Positions 1-10,005 are shown, numbered from the stretch's first letter. The stretch: DNA of 61,423 bases from a virus (IMGVR_UViG_3300037423_001240:1-61423); one strand, 5' to 3'. Notes: generated from the letters alone by a model not told the origin. Numbers and translations are program-made.

Positions 1-125
1 ACGCGTTGTCCTTCGCGTGTTTCGCGGCGACCATGCACGCGGCGGCTTCGTCGGCGGTGATGAGCTGGGTGGCGCAGGGCGTGCCGTCGGAGTTGTAGGT
101 GGTCATGTGCCACCACCAATCCAGC
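1..125 (+). repeat. Terminal direct repeat, copy 1 (circular assembly overlap)
   Basis: Identical to 61299-61423; the gene chain runs through the junction. Confidence 0.95.
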
Positions 126-450
126 GCGACGGGAGTCCCTCGTCGAACTCATGGCGGCAATGCAGGCACATCGCGCGGAAGTGCCCGACATGCCCGCTCC
201 GCCACCAAGTGCGCTTTCGCGGAGGCACGTAGCGGCGAAAGGCCGAGAGCGCGTCGGCGCGTGCATGTCTGCACACGGGACACGGCGAGCCGTGAGGTAC
301 GTACGTCGGGAGCGGGCGCGTCAGATCGTCGATGACAGCGCGCAGCCGCCGGTTCTCGGTCCGCAGCTCGTCGCGCTCACTCCGCAGCGCATCCCGCTCC
401 GCCTCCACATCCGGCGTGCGGTAGCCGTGGGGTGGCGAGGGAGAGGTCAT
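103..450 (-). CDS. Hypothetical protein (coiled coil plus CxxC motifs)
   Basis: ATGA-coupled to both neighbours; CPVC and CLHC motifs. Confidence 0.65.
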   Translation of the reverse strand: MTSPSPPHGYRTPDVEAERDALRSERDELRTENRRLRAVIDDLTRPLPTYVPHGSPCPVCRHARADALSAFRRYVPPRKRTWWRSGHVGHFRAMCLHCRHEFDEGLPSRWIGGGT

Positions 451-746
451 GAGCGAGCCCCGGCGTTCCGCGGTAGCGTCCGCAGCGCCCAATTAGCGTC
501 GCGGGTTACGGCCAGTGCTTGCGAACGCTTGCGCTGCTCCTGTCGCTTCCACTGGTCGGCGGTGCGCAGCATTCCTCGCGCCTGCTTCAGCGCTTCCTTC
601 CACGCGGCGCGTTCCGTCGCGAACGTCGTCCACCACAGCCCGCTCGCATCGCGCCCTGCGGGGTAGTTCGGCATGGGCATCGTAAGTCTTCGGCGTCGGG
701 GCCGCAGCGTCGCCGATAGCGTCCAGTATGTCTTCGTCTCGCTCAT
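447..746 (-). CDS. Hypothetical protein
   Basis: ATG with upstream GGAG; stop overlaps next start. Confidence 0.55.
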   Translation of the reverse strand: MSETKTYWTLSATLRPRRRRLTMPMPNYPAGRDASGLWWTTFATERAAWKEALKQARGMLRTADQWKRQEQRKRSQALAVTRDANWALRTLPRNAGARS

Positions 747-765
747 GTTCCCGTCTCCCTTTGCT

Positions 766-1320
766 TCACTTCGCCGCGCCGTCGGGTCGCGGACGGAACA
801 TCGTGCTCGTCGCAGTCTGACCGCAGCTTCCACACACGCTCCGGTGCCCGATCTCGACGCGCACCTCGTAGGGGCCGACAGCACCACGCGTGCGCCACTC
901 GACGCGCTCGTCGCCGTCATCGATCCCGAGCCACGCGGCAATCTCGTCACGTGCTCCTTTCACGGCATACGCAACCCCATCCGAATCCATCGCACCGGGT
1001 CCAACGCGCGTGATGGTCACGATTGCAGGAAGGAACACCGGACACGGCTCGCCGAGCCATGCGATCGCGGCCTTGGTCGCCCTTCGCAGATCGCGCCGGC
1101 ACTCCTTCGCGGCCCACTCGTGACCGTGCTTGCCGTTCACGCCGTGCGTGATCGCCGGGAAGCTGAACGCCACGCCGTCGAAGTCGAACGCGGTGCGCGT
1201 GCGATGCGGGGCCATCGGGCGCGGGCGGCGCGGCTTCTTCTTCGCCTTCGGCAGCACCGGGTGACCGGTTCTTGGATCGCGGGGGAGGTCGCGGACGTGG
1301 AGGGGTGCGGGGCGCTTCAT
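766..1320 (-). CDS. RusA-like Holliday junction resolvase
   Basis: VTITRVG..MDSDG..KGARDEIA..GIDDGD acidic motif pattern; follows dnaB. Confidence 0.65.
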   Translation of the reverse strand: MKRPAPLHVRDLPRDPRTGHPVLPKAKKKPRRPRPMAPHRTRTAFDFDGVAFSFPAITHGVNGKHGHEWAAKECRRDLRRATKAAIAWLGEPCPVFLPAIVTITRVGPGAMDSDGVAYAVKGARDEIAAWLGIDDGDERVEWRTRGAVGPYEVRVEIGHRSVCGSCGQTATSTMFRPRPDGAAK

Positions 1321-2762
1321 CGCCCCTCCCATTCGCGCAGCGCATCCATATCGTAGCCAGACGGCACGTCAGGCCGTTGTTCCTCGAGGTCTTCGAAGCG
1401 CATGCATTCGGCGTTGAACTTGAGCCGTACAGTGACCGGCCACTTACCCTGCCGCTGCTTGCGGATGATGAACTCCGCAATGCCGCGATCGTCGGTTGTA
1501 TCCGGGTTCACGAGTTCGTCGCGGTAGAGGAACGCGACGAGCGACGCGTCACTCTCAATGCGGCTTGAGCCGAGGAGGTCTGACGCGACCGGCCGCTTGT
1601 CCTTCCCGCTACGTTTGCCGTGGTCGCGGTTCATCGACGCGATTGCGATCACAGGTACGTCGAGTTCGCATGCGAGCGCAGTGAGACCGGAGACCGCATC
1701 GGTGACGCGCTGCCGCTCATCCATCGCCGAGGACACTTCGATGAGCTGGAGGAAGTCGACGACGACGAGCATGGGAATGCCGTCCTTCGGATCGCGACCG
1801 AACCGGCGCTTGTGCCGCTTCGCCTTGGCTCGAATCTGCGTGATCGTCTGTTCCTTCCCGTCGTCGATGTGGATGGGCAGCCCTTCCAGTCGTCCGATCG
1901 CCGCTGTCAGCGCCTCGTAGTCGTCCCCGCTCAATTCCCCCGCTTCGTATCGCTCACTGCTAACGCGCGCCTCCATGCACAGTAGTCGATCGCCAATGTC
2001 GCGGCTCTTCATCTCGAGCGAGTACAGGAGCGATGGGCATCCATTCCTCGCGGAGTGAATCATCACGTTGGAGATAAACGCGCTTTTGCCGGTCCCCGGA
2101 GGTGCTCCAATTACGTAGAGCCGACCGCCGACGAACCCACGTCCAGCGATTACGCGGTCGAGCGATTTGAACCCGGTCGACTCGCCGCGCTTCTTCGGTG
2201 CCGCCGCTTCCTCGGTCCTCGTAACGCTCGCATTCGCCGCTTCGAAGATGATGTCGCGGATCGACACCGGGCCGCCGCTCTTCATGTCGGCCGCCGCGAA
2301 CAGCGCGGTCATCGACTTGTCGACTGCGGTATTCAAGGGGAGCGACCAGTCACACGCAACGTCCGCGATCCGACGAGCCGCGAAGAACAGACGGCGAGTT
2401 CCAGCGAGGTCGGCGAGCATGCGCGCGTGCTCTTCGATGTTCTTCGCCGTCGATGCCGCCGCAGTGATCGCCGCGAGCTTCGCCCGTCCGCCAATGCGTT
2501 CGAGTTTTCCGGTCGCCTCGAGTTCCGCCGCAACCGTCACGGTGTCTACGGGTCGACCGCTCGCGCTCACCGCGCACATCGCGCCGAAGATGTCGGCATG
2601 TCCGTGGGCGTCGAAGTCCTCCATCGAGAGGATGGACTCCAGTGTCGCGAGTGCGTCGTCGCTCAGCATCGCCTCGCCGAGTGCTTGCTCCTCGAGCCGA
2701 TGGTCCCGTCGTGGCTCGCGAGACACGGGTCGTGCGACGACGAGTTGCGGGTTAGCTGCCAT
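1317..2762 (-). CDS. dnaB: Replicative DNA helicase DnaB
   Basis: Walker A GAPPGTGKS, SLEM, VVDFLQL, SDLLGSSRIESDA, KQRQG; DnaB N-terminal domain. Confidence 0.95.
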   Translation of the reverse strand: MAANPQLVVARPVSREPRRDHRLEEQALGEAMLSDDALATLESILSMEDFDAHGHADIFGAMCAVSASGRPVDTVTVAAELEATGKLERIGGRAKLAAITAAASTAKNIEEHARMLADLAGTRRLFFAARRIADVACDWSLPLNTAVDKSMTALFAAADMKSGGPVSIRDIIFEAANASVTRTEEAAAPKKRGESTGFKSLDRVIAGRGFVGGRLYVIGAPPGTGKSAFISNVMIHSARNGCPSLLYSLEMKSRDIGDRLLCMEARVSSERYEAGELSGDDYEALTAAIGRLEGLPIHIDDGKEQTITQIRAKAKRHKRRFGRDPKDGIPMLVVVDFLQLIEVSSAMDERQRVTDAVSGLTALACELDVPVIAIASMNRDHGKRSGKDKRPVASDLLGSSRIESDASLVAFLYRDELVNPDTTDDRGIAEFIIRKQRQGKWPVTVRLKFNAECMRFEDLEEQRPDVPSGYDMDALREWEGR

Positions 2763-3702
2763 GGTTGTCTCCCGCTGCCGGCTGCTGTTCGAAGAGACCG
2801 CGTCCCGATCGCGCCGCCTGGAATGCGGCAATCTGTTCCGGCGTGGCCTGCTTGCGCTCCGGCTGCGGCGGATCGTTCGCGGGCGGCGGCTTCGGTGCGC
2901 TCGCCTTGAACCGATCGACGTTCGGCGCGCTCCGGCAGATCAGCTCGATGTCGTTGTACAGCGCGCCGTTCTCGTTATCGCCCATGTTGTGCGGAGTGCG
3001 TCGGCATCCGTCGATCGCGAGCCGAAGATCATCGACGGTGTAGCCTCCGTCGAGCCGAGCTTGGATCGCACGTGCTCGCTTGTCGTCGAGTTCGGTGCGC
3101 ACATTCTTCTTCATCACAACACGCCAGTGGTCGAAGACGGCGCGCGCCTCCGGCGTTACGACGATTGGATCTCGAGACCGACGACGAGCCCCCGAAGGGG
3201 GTAAGGGGGTACGGCTAGGCTCAGTACGGCTAGGCACGGCACGGCACGGAGTGACCGGCTGTGACTCCGTGTGACCGCTCGTGACCGCGTGTGACTCGGC
3301 GTGACTTTTGGTCACGCTCCGTGACTCATCGTCACGATTCGTGACATCAGCCGAGTCGATCGCATGCGCCCGGTCACGTTCGCGCTCAGCACGCTTCCGT
3401 GCTCGGTCACTCTGGCTGCACTCCTGCGCATGCAAGAAGTTCGGGATCACGAACATTGACCCGGCCTGTTTGATCGTCCCGTCTGACAGGAGTTCGGCAA
3501 CGCCCGCCTCCACGATCTCGATCGGCGCTGCGAGCGCGACAGCGAGTCCCTTGAGACCGTACGCCCCCACGTCGATCATGCCGGCGCGATCGACCTTGCG
3601 AAGCAGTGACATGAACACGAAGCGCGTCTGCCACGACCACATGAGCCACGTCGTTGTGTCGCGCGTGTAGAGACGCACGTACCTCTCATCCTCCCACCTC
3701 AT
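2752..3702 (-). CDS. Phage replication initiator (lambda O-like position)
   Basis: Directly upstream of dnaB; folded N-terminus, repetitive VT/SH linker, helical C-terminal domain (VFDHWR..ARLDGGYTVDDL). Confidence 0.8.
   Translation of the reverse strand: MRWEDERYVRLYTRDTTTWLMWSWQTRFVFMSLLRKVDRAGMIDVGAYGLKGLAVALAAPIEIVEAGVAELLSDGTIKQAGSMFVIPNFLHAQECSQSDRARKRAERERDRAHAIDSADVTNRDDESRSVTKSHAESHAVTSGHTESQPVTPCRAVPSRTEPSRTPLPPSGARRRSRDPIVVTPEARAVFDHWRVVMKKNVRTELDDKRARAIQARLDGGYTVDDLRLAIDGCRRTPHNMGDNENGALYNDIELICRSAPNVDRFKASAPKPPPANDPPQPERKQATPEQIAAFQAARSGRGLFEQQPAAGDNHGS
3211..3345. repeat. Iteron-like array, putative replication origin
   Basis: Ten GTSAC pentamers at 3251, 3261 ... 3341 with exact 10-bp period, preceded by ACGGC-type repeats. 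Confidence 0.75.
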
Positions 3703-4394
3703 CGCGACGCCTCCGGTCGAATACGCTTTCGGATCAGTGCGACGGCGTCTCGCACGCAACCCGCAACGTCACGGTGCACCTCGCGACCGCCGTACCGGCG
3801 CACGTGCCATCCGGCGTCTTCGATCGCGCGCTGTCGCTTGCGGTCGCGCTCGATGCTTTCGGTTGAGCCGTGGGCAGCAAGACCATCGAGTTCGATCCCT
3901 GTACGCGTCTCGACGTGCGCGAAGTCGATGAAGTACGGGCCGACGGGGTACTGACGAACGAGCGGTAGATGACGCGCGGACCGCGCCCATTCGTCGGCGA
4001 ATCGCTCTTCGATCGGCGATTCGGTGACGGGGCGGGTCTTCTCGGCGGTGGTGGTGAGCACGACACCGCTGCGCGACTCGAGAGCCGAACGCACTGCGGC
4101 TTGCCGCTCCGACGCGCGCTGCTCACGTATAGCATCCGCGTACCCGCACACGCCCTGTAGCTTGTCGGTGTAGACATCGCGCTCGATCGCATCGTCGACC
4201 TTCGCGACGGTTCGAATCACAACGCGCAGCATGCTGATTCGTCGGCCGTGATCCGCGATCCGCCGCACCTCTTCGATCATCGCGTCAATCGGCGATGGCT
4301 CGCTCGGCACCATCACCGAATCGGAGAATGGGTTGTTCTCTCCATAGACCGTTACCTTCGGATCGCCGAAGGGGTGATTCGTCCAGTCAATCAT
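3699..4394 (-). CDS. DUF559/Vsr-like endonuclease domain protein
   Basis: ESPIE..RQYPVGPYFIDFA..IELDG..H..DRKRQR..GWHVRR. Confidence 0.8.
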   Translation of the reverse strand: MIDWTNHPFGDPKVTVYGENNPFSDSVMVPSEPSPIDAMIEEVRRIADHGRRISMLRVVIRTVAKVDDAIERDVYTDKLQGVCGYADAIREQRASERQAAVRSALESRSGVVLTTTAEKTRPVTESPIEERFADEWARSARHLPLVRQYPVGPYFIDFAHVETRTGIELDGLAAHGSTESIERDRKRQRAIEDAGWHVRRYGGREVHRDVAGCVRDAVALIRKRIRPEASR

Positions 4395-5470
4395 GCCGCC
4401 ACCCTTGCGCCACGTGTATCGACGGCGCGCTCTGCGATGAGGCTTGCGTATGTCGTCGCGTCTTCAGTGACGCGGACAGTCGCGCGTCGCACGAGCGCAT
4501 CGTCGATTCCCTTGGCCGTGCTGGAGTCCCACGTCTCAACCGTCACGCCGAGGCGCGCGTCAACGCATCCTCGGATCAACAGCGCCAACGCGATACCGAC
4601 CTCCGGCTTCGTCCGATGGTCCGCATCGAAAGCGACGCGCACGCGCTTCACGCCCAGCGTATCGAGAACCGGCAGCGCCGCCCGCCACGACCCGACGCCA
4701 GGAATCGAGATCGTCGGGATGGACGAGAGGACCGAAGCGGCATCCGCTTTCAGCTCGCCCTCGGTGACGCGCGCTTCGGTCCAGTCCACCGACTCGCCGA
4801 ATAGCGGAACATGCACCGCGAGCATCGCCCGCGGTCCGCCCTTCGACCCGCTCGAGACGTACGTGTAGCGGGGACCATCGTCGTCGCTGTCACGTCGGAT
4901 CTTGAGCGCCACAATGAGTCCGTCGGTGTTGCGCACGGGAATCACCAAACCAGGCGACCCCGCAAAGCTCCACCACGTGCGATCACCATCGCCGCCGACG
5001 AAGACGCCGGGGATCGATCGGGCCGCCGACTCGCCGAGGTGCTCGACGACCGTGCGTGCCAGCGCGCTGCGACCCTCGAGCGGAAGCGTGCGATAGCCGC
5101 GTGTGCGGATCTCGGTGCGCGAGAGTCCACGCCGCTCGAGCGATGCGGCGTGCTCGTCGGTCAGCCGCAATTGCGCGAGCACCATCCGGTGCGCTTCGTC
5201 GAGTGTGACGACATCTGCGATCGGTGCGCCGCCAACGTCGGGACCCACCTCACCCCGCGGCGTCGCCCCGTCGAGTACATGCACGTAGTACGTGACGCCG
5301 TTTGCGTCGGTGCGTTCGATGCCGCCGCTGTTGCGCATGCACACGACGAGGTTCCCGTCGGACCGCACCGAGCACCACGAATCGCCCTTGCAGATCGGGC
5401 AGCGGCGCGAACGGGTGACGCGTGTCCACGCACCGCGACCGCCGCCGAATGCGTTCTTCGATCCACTCAT
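4391..5470 (-). CDS. DNA primase (Zn finger plus TOPRIM/DUF3854-like)
   Basis: CPICKGDSWC; VTEGELKAD; VAFDAD; KGIDD. Confidence 0.85.
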   Translation of the reverse strand: MSGSKNAFGGGRGAWTRVTRSRRCPICKGDSWCSVRSDGNLVVCMRNSGGIERTDANGVTYYVHVLDGATPRGEVGPDVGGAPIADVVTLDEAHRMVLAQLRLTDEHAASLERRGLSRTEIRTRGYRTLPLEGRSALARTVVEHLGESAARSIPGVFVGGDGDRTWWSFAGSPGLVIPVRNTDGLIVALKIRRDSDDDGPRYTYVSSGSKGGPRAMLAVHVPLFGESVDWTEARVTEGELKADAASVLSSIPTISIPGVGSWRAALPVLDTLGVKRVRVAFDADHRTKPEVGIALALLIRGCVDARLGVTVETWDSSTAKGIDDALVRRATVRVTEDATTYASLIAERAVDTRGARVAA

Positions 5471-5748
5471 CGCTCCCCACCTCCCCCGACTCGCTCGAGG
5501 TCGTGGCGGATGACGGCCAAGAGGCCGCGGAGTGCGTACAAGGCGAGGTGCAGACACGCGGTGCGCGCGTAGCCCGATGGCCGCGCGATCGAATCCGCGT
5601 GCTCCATCCACCGCAGCGCTTCACCCGCGCACATTTCGAGGTTCCGCAGCGCCGAGCGCGCTCGGTCGGTGTGGCGCAGTCCGATCGACCGCGCGTACGT
5701 CTCCCGCGCCATCGTCGCTTCTTCGCTGTCTCGATCCGCGTAGCTCAT
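5467..5748 (-). CDS. Hypothetical protein
   Basis: ATGA-coupled on both sides. Confidence 0.6.
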   Translation of the reverse strand: MSYADRDSEEATMARETYARSIGLRHTDRARSALRNLEMCAGEALRWMEHADSIARPSGYARTACLHLALYALRGLLAVIRHDLERVGGGGER

Positions 5749-7040
5749 GCGGCCACCGACCCTTCTCGTGCTCCAACGTTCGCGCCCACGAGTGCTTCCG
5801 CCATCGGCGGGCACACGCTGTTGCCTGCGAGCCGCGTCTGCGCCTTCTTCGAAAGCCGCTTCCCGTTGAAGAGCGGCGCGATGTCGTACGTGCGCGGGAA
5901 GCCCTGACCCGCGAACAGTTCGTGCGGCTCCAACATCCGCATACCGATGTCCGTAATGCGGTACGGCTGGCCGTGGACGGTTACGAGTGCGAAGCGAGCT
6001 ACGGACGTTACCGTGTGCAGCGGCTCCCAAAGGCTCTGCTGCTGCCCGCCGCTGCCGTAGTATTTGAGGAGCAGTGCGTGGACGGCGTCACTGCGCTCGC
6101 CGAACGCGAGTGGCAGTTGCGCATGACGCAACGTCGCACTCAGTAACGCGTGATGGTCGACGGCCGTGATCGTTCCGAGCGGCGACGTCATCGCCGTGCC
6201 TGCGTTGTTGTTCCCGTTCGGCCCGCCGCCATAGTGCTTCGCGATGGCGTGCGCAGTGACCGCGCCGGCCCCTCTCACGACGAAGGGGTTCGCGCTCTTA
6301 ATGACATGGCGTCGAATGCCATCGGCGATGCGCTGGAGCGTCGCTTCGGCGAGGTCACGGCCGAAGATCGACGGACACGGGAGGCTCCAGTCGATGACTT
6401 CATGAGCCGCGCGCCATTGCGAGCGCGGATGCGAGATTGATGGCCACTGAATCGGCGCACCGTCGCGGCGAGCGACGAGGAACAGGCGCTTGCGGGTGGT
6501 CGGCGCGCCGTAGTCCGCCGCGACGAGACTCCGCCATTCAACCTGGTACCCCTGCGCACGGAGCTTCCCGAGCCAGATGCGGAACGAGCGGCCTGCCTTT
6601 TCGGGGATTGGTTTTCCCTCGTTGTCGAGCGGCCCCCACGTTTCGAACTCCTCGACGTTTTCTAGGCAAATTACGCGCGGCCGCACGGCTCTTGCCCACC
6701 GGATCACCACGCTCGCAAGGCTCCGTGTCTTCGCGCTCTTCGGGGCTGCGCCCTTTGCCCTGGAGAAGTGCGTGCAGTCCGGACTTGCCCACATGAGGCC
6801 GACGGGGCGGCCGGCACATGCCTCTACCGGATCGACCTCCCACACATTGCAGAGGTAGTGCTTGGTGCGCGGATGGTTCGCCGCGTGAACCGCAATCGCT
6901 TCCGGACTGTGATTGATCGCGATGTCGACGTTGCGACCGAGAGCGGCTTCGATGCCCGTGGAGGCACCGCCGCCACCTGCGAACGAATCGACCACGAGTT
7001 CGTCGAGGCCGATGCGGAGTGAAGGAGGGCGGCTCATCAT
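5745..7040 (-). CDS. C5 DNA cytosine methyltransferase
   Basis: FAGGGG (motif I), SPDC (IV), ENV (VI), TTRKRLF (VIII), GNSV (X). Confidence 0.93.
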   Translation of the reverse strand: MMSRPPSLRIGLDELVVDSFAGGGGASTGIEAALGRNVDIAINHSPEAIAVHAANHPRTKHYLCNVWEVDPVEACAGRPVGLMWASPDCTHFSRAKGAAPKSAKTRSLASVVIRWARAVRPRVICLENVEEFETWGPLDNEGKPIPEKAGRSFRIWLGKLRAQGYQVEWRSLVAADYGAPTTRKRLFLVARRDGAPIQWPSISHPRSQWRAAHEVIDWSLPCPSIFGRDLAEATLQRIADGIRRHVIKSANPFVVRGAGAVTAHAIAKHYGGGPNGNNNAGTAMTSPLGTITAVDHHALLSATLRHAQLPLAFGERSDAVHALLLKYYGSGGQQQSLWEPLHTVTSVARFALVTVHGQPYRITDIGMRMLEPHELFAGQGFPRTYDIAPLFNGKRLSKKAQTRLAGNSVCPPMAEALVGANVGAREGSVAA

Positions 7041-7161
7041 CACGCCCACCCCCTCACACCACCGGGGAAAACAGAGCGGCGCGGCGCGACTACGGCGCCG
7101 ACGACGATGATCGCGACGAGGAGAGCGAGGCCGAGGGTGTCGTAGAGGCACGAGTGGCGCA

Positions 7162-7800
7162 TCACGCGGCCACCCCTTTCGGCTCGGCGAGCGCGGCGAT
7201 CTTGGCGACGGCATCGTCATCGACCATCCGCTCCAGCACCTCGGCGATGGTCTCGCGCGGTCCATTGAGCGACACCGTCGCGACGCCACCCGATCCCTTC
7301 ACGTCCAGCGTGCCGTGCATCTTGCCGTTGTGGCCGATGGACGCCCCTGAGAGCGTGCGGTGAGCGAGCACACGGCGCGTGTGGGCGGTGATGAGTTCCG
7401 TCATCGCATACCCGTCATTGCAGTCCGACCATGCCGCGAGTGTTGCTTCACGCAGCGACCGCGATTGAAGATGCTCCACTGCGAACGGGAGTGAGATCGT
7501 CTCGGCGCGCGTTATGAACCCCGCGAGCGCATGGAGCATCCGCGCGCCGGTGTTCGGCACGAAGGGTCTATCGCACTCGTTCGCACGCAGCTCGTCCCGG
7601 CCCGCTAGCACCTCGTCGCCACCGGATCCAGGACGCACCGACGCGCGCGCGGCCGACTTGCGCCCGCACCGAGCGCACAGCGCGAACCACGCCGTGCGAC
7701 GCCCGCCGCGTGGACCTTTCTGCTCTTCGTAGTGGTACAGATAGAACTCGCCGCAGCGCGTGCCGTACGGCTCGACGGGGCTGTAGTCGTAGACGTTCAC
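7162..7800 (-). CDS. Hypothetical protein
   Basis: GTGA-coupled start; CARC motif. Confidence 0.6.
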   Translation of the reverse strand: MNVYDYSPVEPYGTRCGEFYLYHYEEQKGPRGGRRTAWFALCARCGRKSAARASVRPGSGGDEVLAGRDELRANECDRPFVPNTGARMLHALAGFITRAETISLPFAVEHLQSRSLREATLAAWSDCNDGYAMTELITAHTRRVLAHRTLSGASIGHNGKMHGTLDVKGSGGVATVSLNGPRETIAEVLERMVDDDAVAKIAALAEPKGVAA

Positions 7801-8120
7801 GCGGCCCTCCGCTTCTTCCACTCGCCCGGCCGCTTGCCGAGGTGGGCGACCGCCGCGCCGCGACCGGAGCGAGTGAAGACTGCGGCGACGTCGAGGCCGT
7901 TCGACCTCCTCCACTTCATCTCGCGCTCGTAGTCGGTTTCCGCCGAGAGGTAGGTCGCGAGTAAGGCACCGTTGCGCCACAGGCGCGACATGCACTGGCG
8001 CGGTGTGCGGAACGACTTCATCGCGGCGGTGCGATCGGCGCCGAAGTACACGACAGACTGCGTCTCGGTCGACACGAGATACCGAGACGGCGCACTGAGC
8101 CGCTGTGATCGCGTGGTCAT
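7797..8120 (-). CDS. Hypothetical protein
   Basis: RBS GGAGGG; coupled on both sides. Confidence 0.6.
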   Translation of the reverse strand: MTTRSQRLSAPSRYLVSTETQSVVYFGADRTAAMKSFRTPRQCMSRLWRNGALLATYLSAETDYEREMKWRRSNGLDVAAVFTRSGRGAAVAHLGKRPGEWKKRRAA

Positions 8121-8347
8121 GCTGCCCTCCGTGTGGCGATTGCGCATCGCGCACGATGGCGAGCGAGAACCCACGCGAGACCGGCGTCGTGACGAACCAA
8201 CTCGTCCAACGTCGCCGCTTCAATCGCCGCAACACGAGACACCCGACCACTCGCCGCACCACGCAGGCAGACGGGCGAGGTCTTCCTTTCGTGGTGAACT
8301 ACGCGGCGCGACGAGTGGTGGGTAAGGGTGGAAGAGGGGCGATTCAT
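8117..8347 (-). CDS. Hypothetical protein
   Basis: ATGA overlaps at both ends. Confidence 0.5.
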   Translation of the reverse strand: MNRPSSTLTHHSSRRVVHHERKTSPVCLRGAASGRVSRVAAIEAATLDELVRHDAGLAWVLARHRARCAIATRRAA

Positions 8348-8640
8348 TCGGACGCCTCCGAGAAGTCGATCCCGAGTGCCGTGAGCGCATCGACGTGTGC
8401 CTGTGCCTTGTCGCGCGCGTCCGTTGTCGTTCGAAGCTCGCGCATCGCATCACGCGCGATCCCGTCGAGTGCATGGTCGATGGCCCGATCGGCTTCGCTG
8501 CCGACACCACCGGCAACCGTCTCGTTGCCGTAGACAGCCTTCACGACCCAGCCGCCGTGAGAGGTCGACTCCAATGTGATGGTCGCGTACCGATGGCCGA
8601 GTGCGTCGATTGCTCGGCGCAGGAGTTCGATGCGGCTCAT
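8344..8640 (-). CDS. Hypothetical protein
   Basis: ATGA-coupled; C-terminal coiled coil. Confidence 0.6.
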   Translation of the reverse strand: MSRIELLRRAIDALGHRYATITLESTSHGGWVVKAVYGNETVAGGVGSEADRAIDHALDGIARDAMRELRTTTDARDKAQAHVDALTALGIDFSEASE

Positions 8641-9050
8641 CGCGCACCACCCTTCGCCCCGCCGATGGCGTGCATGCGAGAGGCAGTCGCGGCGCAGACT
8701 GCGGGCCAATGCGGCGCACCCGACGCGCGGTGCCTTGCGTACTTGCGCATGAACGCTAGGCGATCACGTCGCGCCTCGTCGCTGTTGTCGCCGATGCGGA
8801 AGTGGTCGTTGATGCCGACCGCATCGCCGATGCCGCCGAATAGATCCTCGGCTGTCGTGGCAATACTGACACCCGGGACACCGCACTTGTTCGGCGCTGC
8901 CGACCGCACAGCCGCACCGACCGCACAGTAGCGACAGAGCGGCTTGCCTTTGCGGGTACCGACTCGCACGCGGTACGAGCCGGTGCCGAGACCTGTTCCG
9001 TCGAACGCGTCGAGCGCTTCGGCGAATGCCTTCCAGTTCGCTTCCATCAC
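8637..9050 (-). CDS. Hypothetical protein
   Basis: Coupled ORF; CRYCAVG..IND pattern. Confidence 0.6.
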   Translation of the reverse strand: MMEANWKAFAEALDAFDGTGLGTGSYRVRVGTRKGKPLCRYCAVGAAVRSAAPNKCGVPGVSIATTAEDLFGGIGDAVGINDHFRIGDNSDEARRDRLAFMRKYARHRASGAPHWPAVCAATASRMHAIGGAKGGAR

Positions 9051-9577
9051 GCACCCGCCTTTCGCGCGGCCCGCGCCGCCAGCTTCGCCGTCCGCATCTC
9101 ACGCTCCCCTTCGGCGCACTTCGATTCGATGTCGCCCCACTCGGCCCCGGTCACCTTCTTCCCGCCGCGACTCTTCGCCGCCGTCGCGGTCGACACGGCT
9201 TGCGCGATGTCGCCAGCACGAACCGACGCGGCGAGCGCAATGCCTTGCGGGTCGCGCGCGGGCTCGGTCGGCGCGAGTTCACCGCGCTTCACTTCCAGCC
9301 AGTGCTCCAAGAAGTCGACGAGGTCTTCGGTGGCGAGCGCTTCCAGATCGCCCGCGCCGAGCACGCCCGTGACCTTCAGTTCATTGCACTGCGTCCGCAC
9401 GTACTGCGGCGTGACGTCTAGCTGCGCGGACCACACCGGGACCAACGTCACGTTCTGCGTTGCGCGAGTCTTGAAGTACTCGTGCAGCATCGTGTTGAAG
9501 CGAGCCCGTGCGCCCTTGCGCTTCTCCGAGATCTCTCGCCGCTGAACGTCCGATTCAGTTGTCTGCTCGTTCGACAC
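9047..9577 (-). CDS. Putative CII-like regulatory protein
   Basis: HTH-like N-terminus and helical C-terminus (GDIAQAV..KVTGAEW); RBS GGAGGT; downstream of cro. Confidence 0.5.
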   Translation of the reverse strand: MSNEQTTESDVQRREISEKRKGARARFNTMLHEYFKTRATQNVTLVPVWSAQLDVTPQYVRTQCNELKVTGVLGAGDLEALATEDLVDFLEHWLEVKRGELAPTEPARDPQGIALAASVRAGDIAQAVSTATAAKSRGGKKVTGAEWGDIESKCAEGEREMRTAKLAARAARKAGA

Positions 9578-9582
9578 CGCAA

Positions 9583-9999
9583 CTACCTCCCGCTCTCGTT
9601 CGTCTGCACAGTCATCTCGTGATCGTCGCGACCCTCGCCGCTCTGCTCCTCTGCTCCGTCGCCGCTGACACGGGCCGCGCCGAGTGCCCGGACTACGGCG
9701 CAAGCCACGTCGAGCACCGTGTCGACCGCCGCCACGACCTCGCGCGGCAGGCACTCGCGGCACCCGATCGCGTGCTGGTCGCGCACAAGGCGGACCAAAC
9801 GGCTGGCGTCCGGGGGCGCGAAGTCGTTCGCGGTGAACGTCGCGAAAGCGGGAGAGGGCGCGAGCTGCGATGCGGCAGTAGCTGCGCTCACACCCGCGCT
9901 GGACGAAGCCGTATCGCAGCTCCCATGGTCGCTGTCGGGCGACGTGTGAGCGGTGGTCGCCGCGGGCGAGCAAGCCGTCTCGTCGCAGTCGTTCCACAT
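9583..9999 (-). CDS. Hypothetical protein
   Basis: ORF fills the gap, in frame with upstream genes; low-complexity N-terminus. Confidence 0.45.
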   Translation of the reverse strand: MWNDCDETACSPAATTAHTSPDSDHGSCDTASSSAGVSAATAASQLAPSPAFATFTANDFAPPDASRLVRLVRDQHAIGCRECLPREVVAAVDTVLDVACAVVRALGAARVSGDGAEEQSGEGRDDHEMTVQTNESGR

Positions 10000-10005
10000 G
10001 GTCGG

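Noticed and set aside
1-125. Physical terminal repeat of the virion DNA
   Set aside because: It falls mid-operon far from the terminase genes; assembly overlap of a circular contig is simpler.
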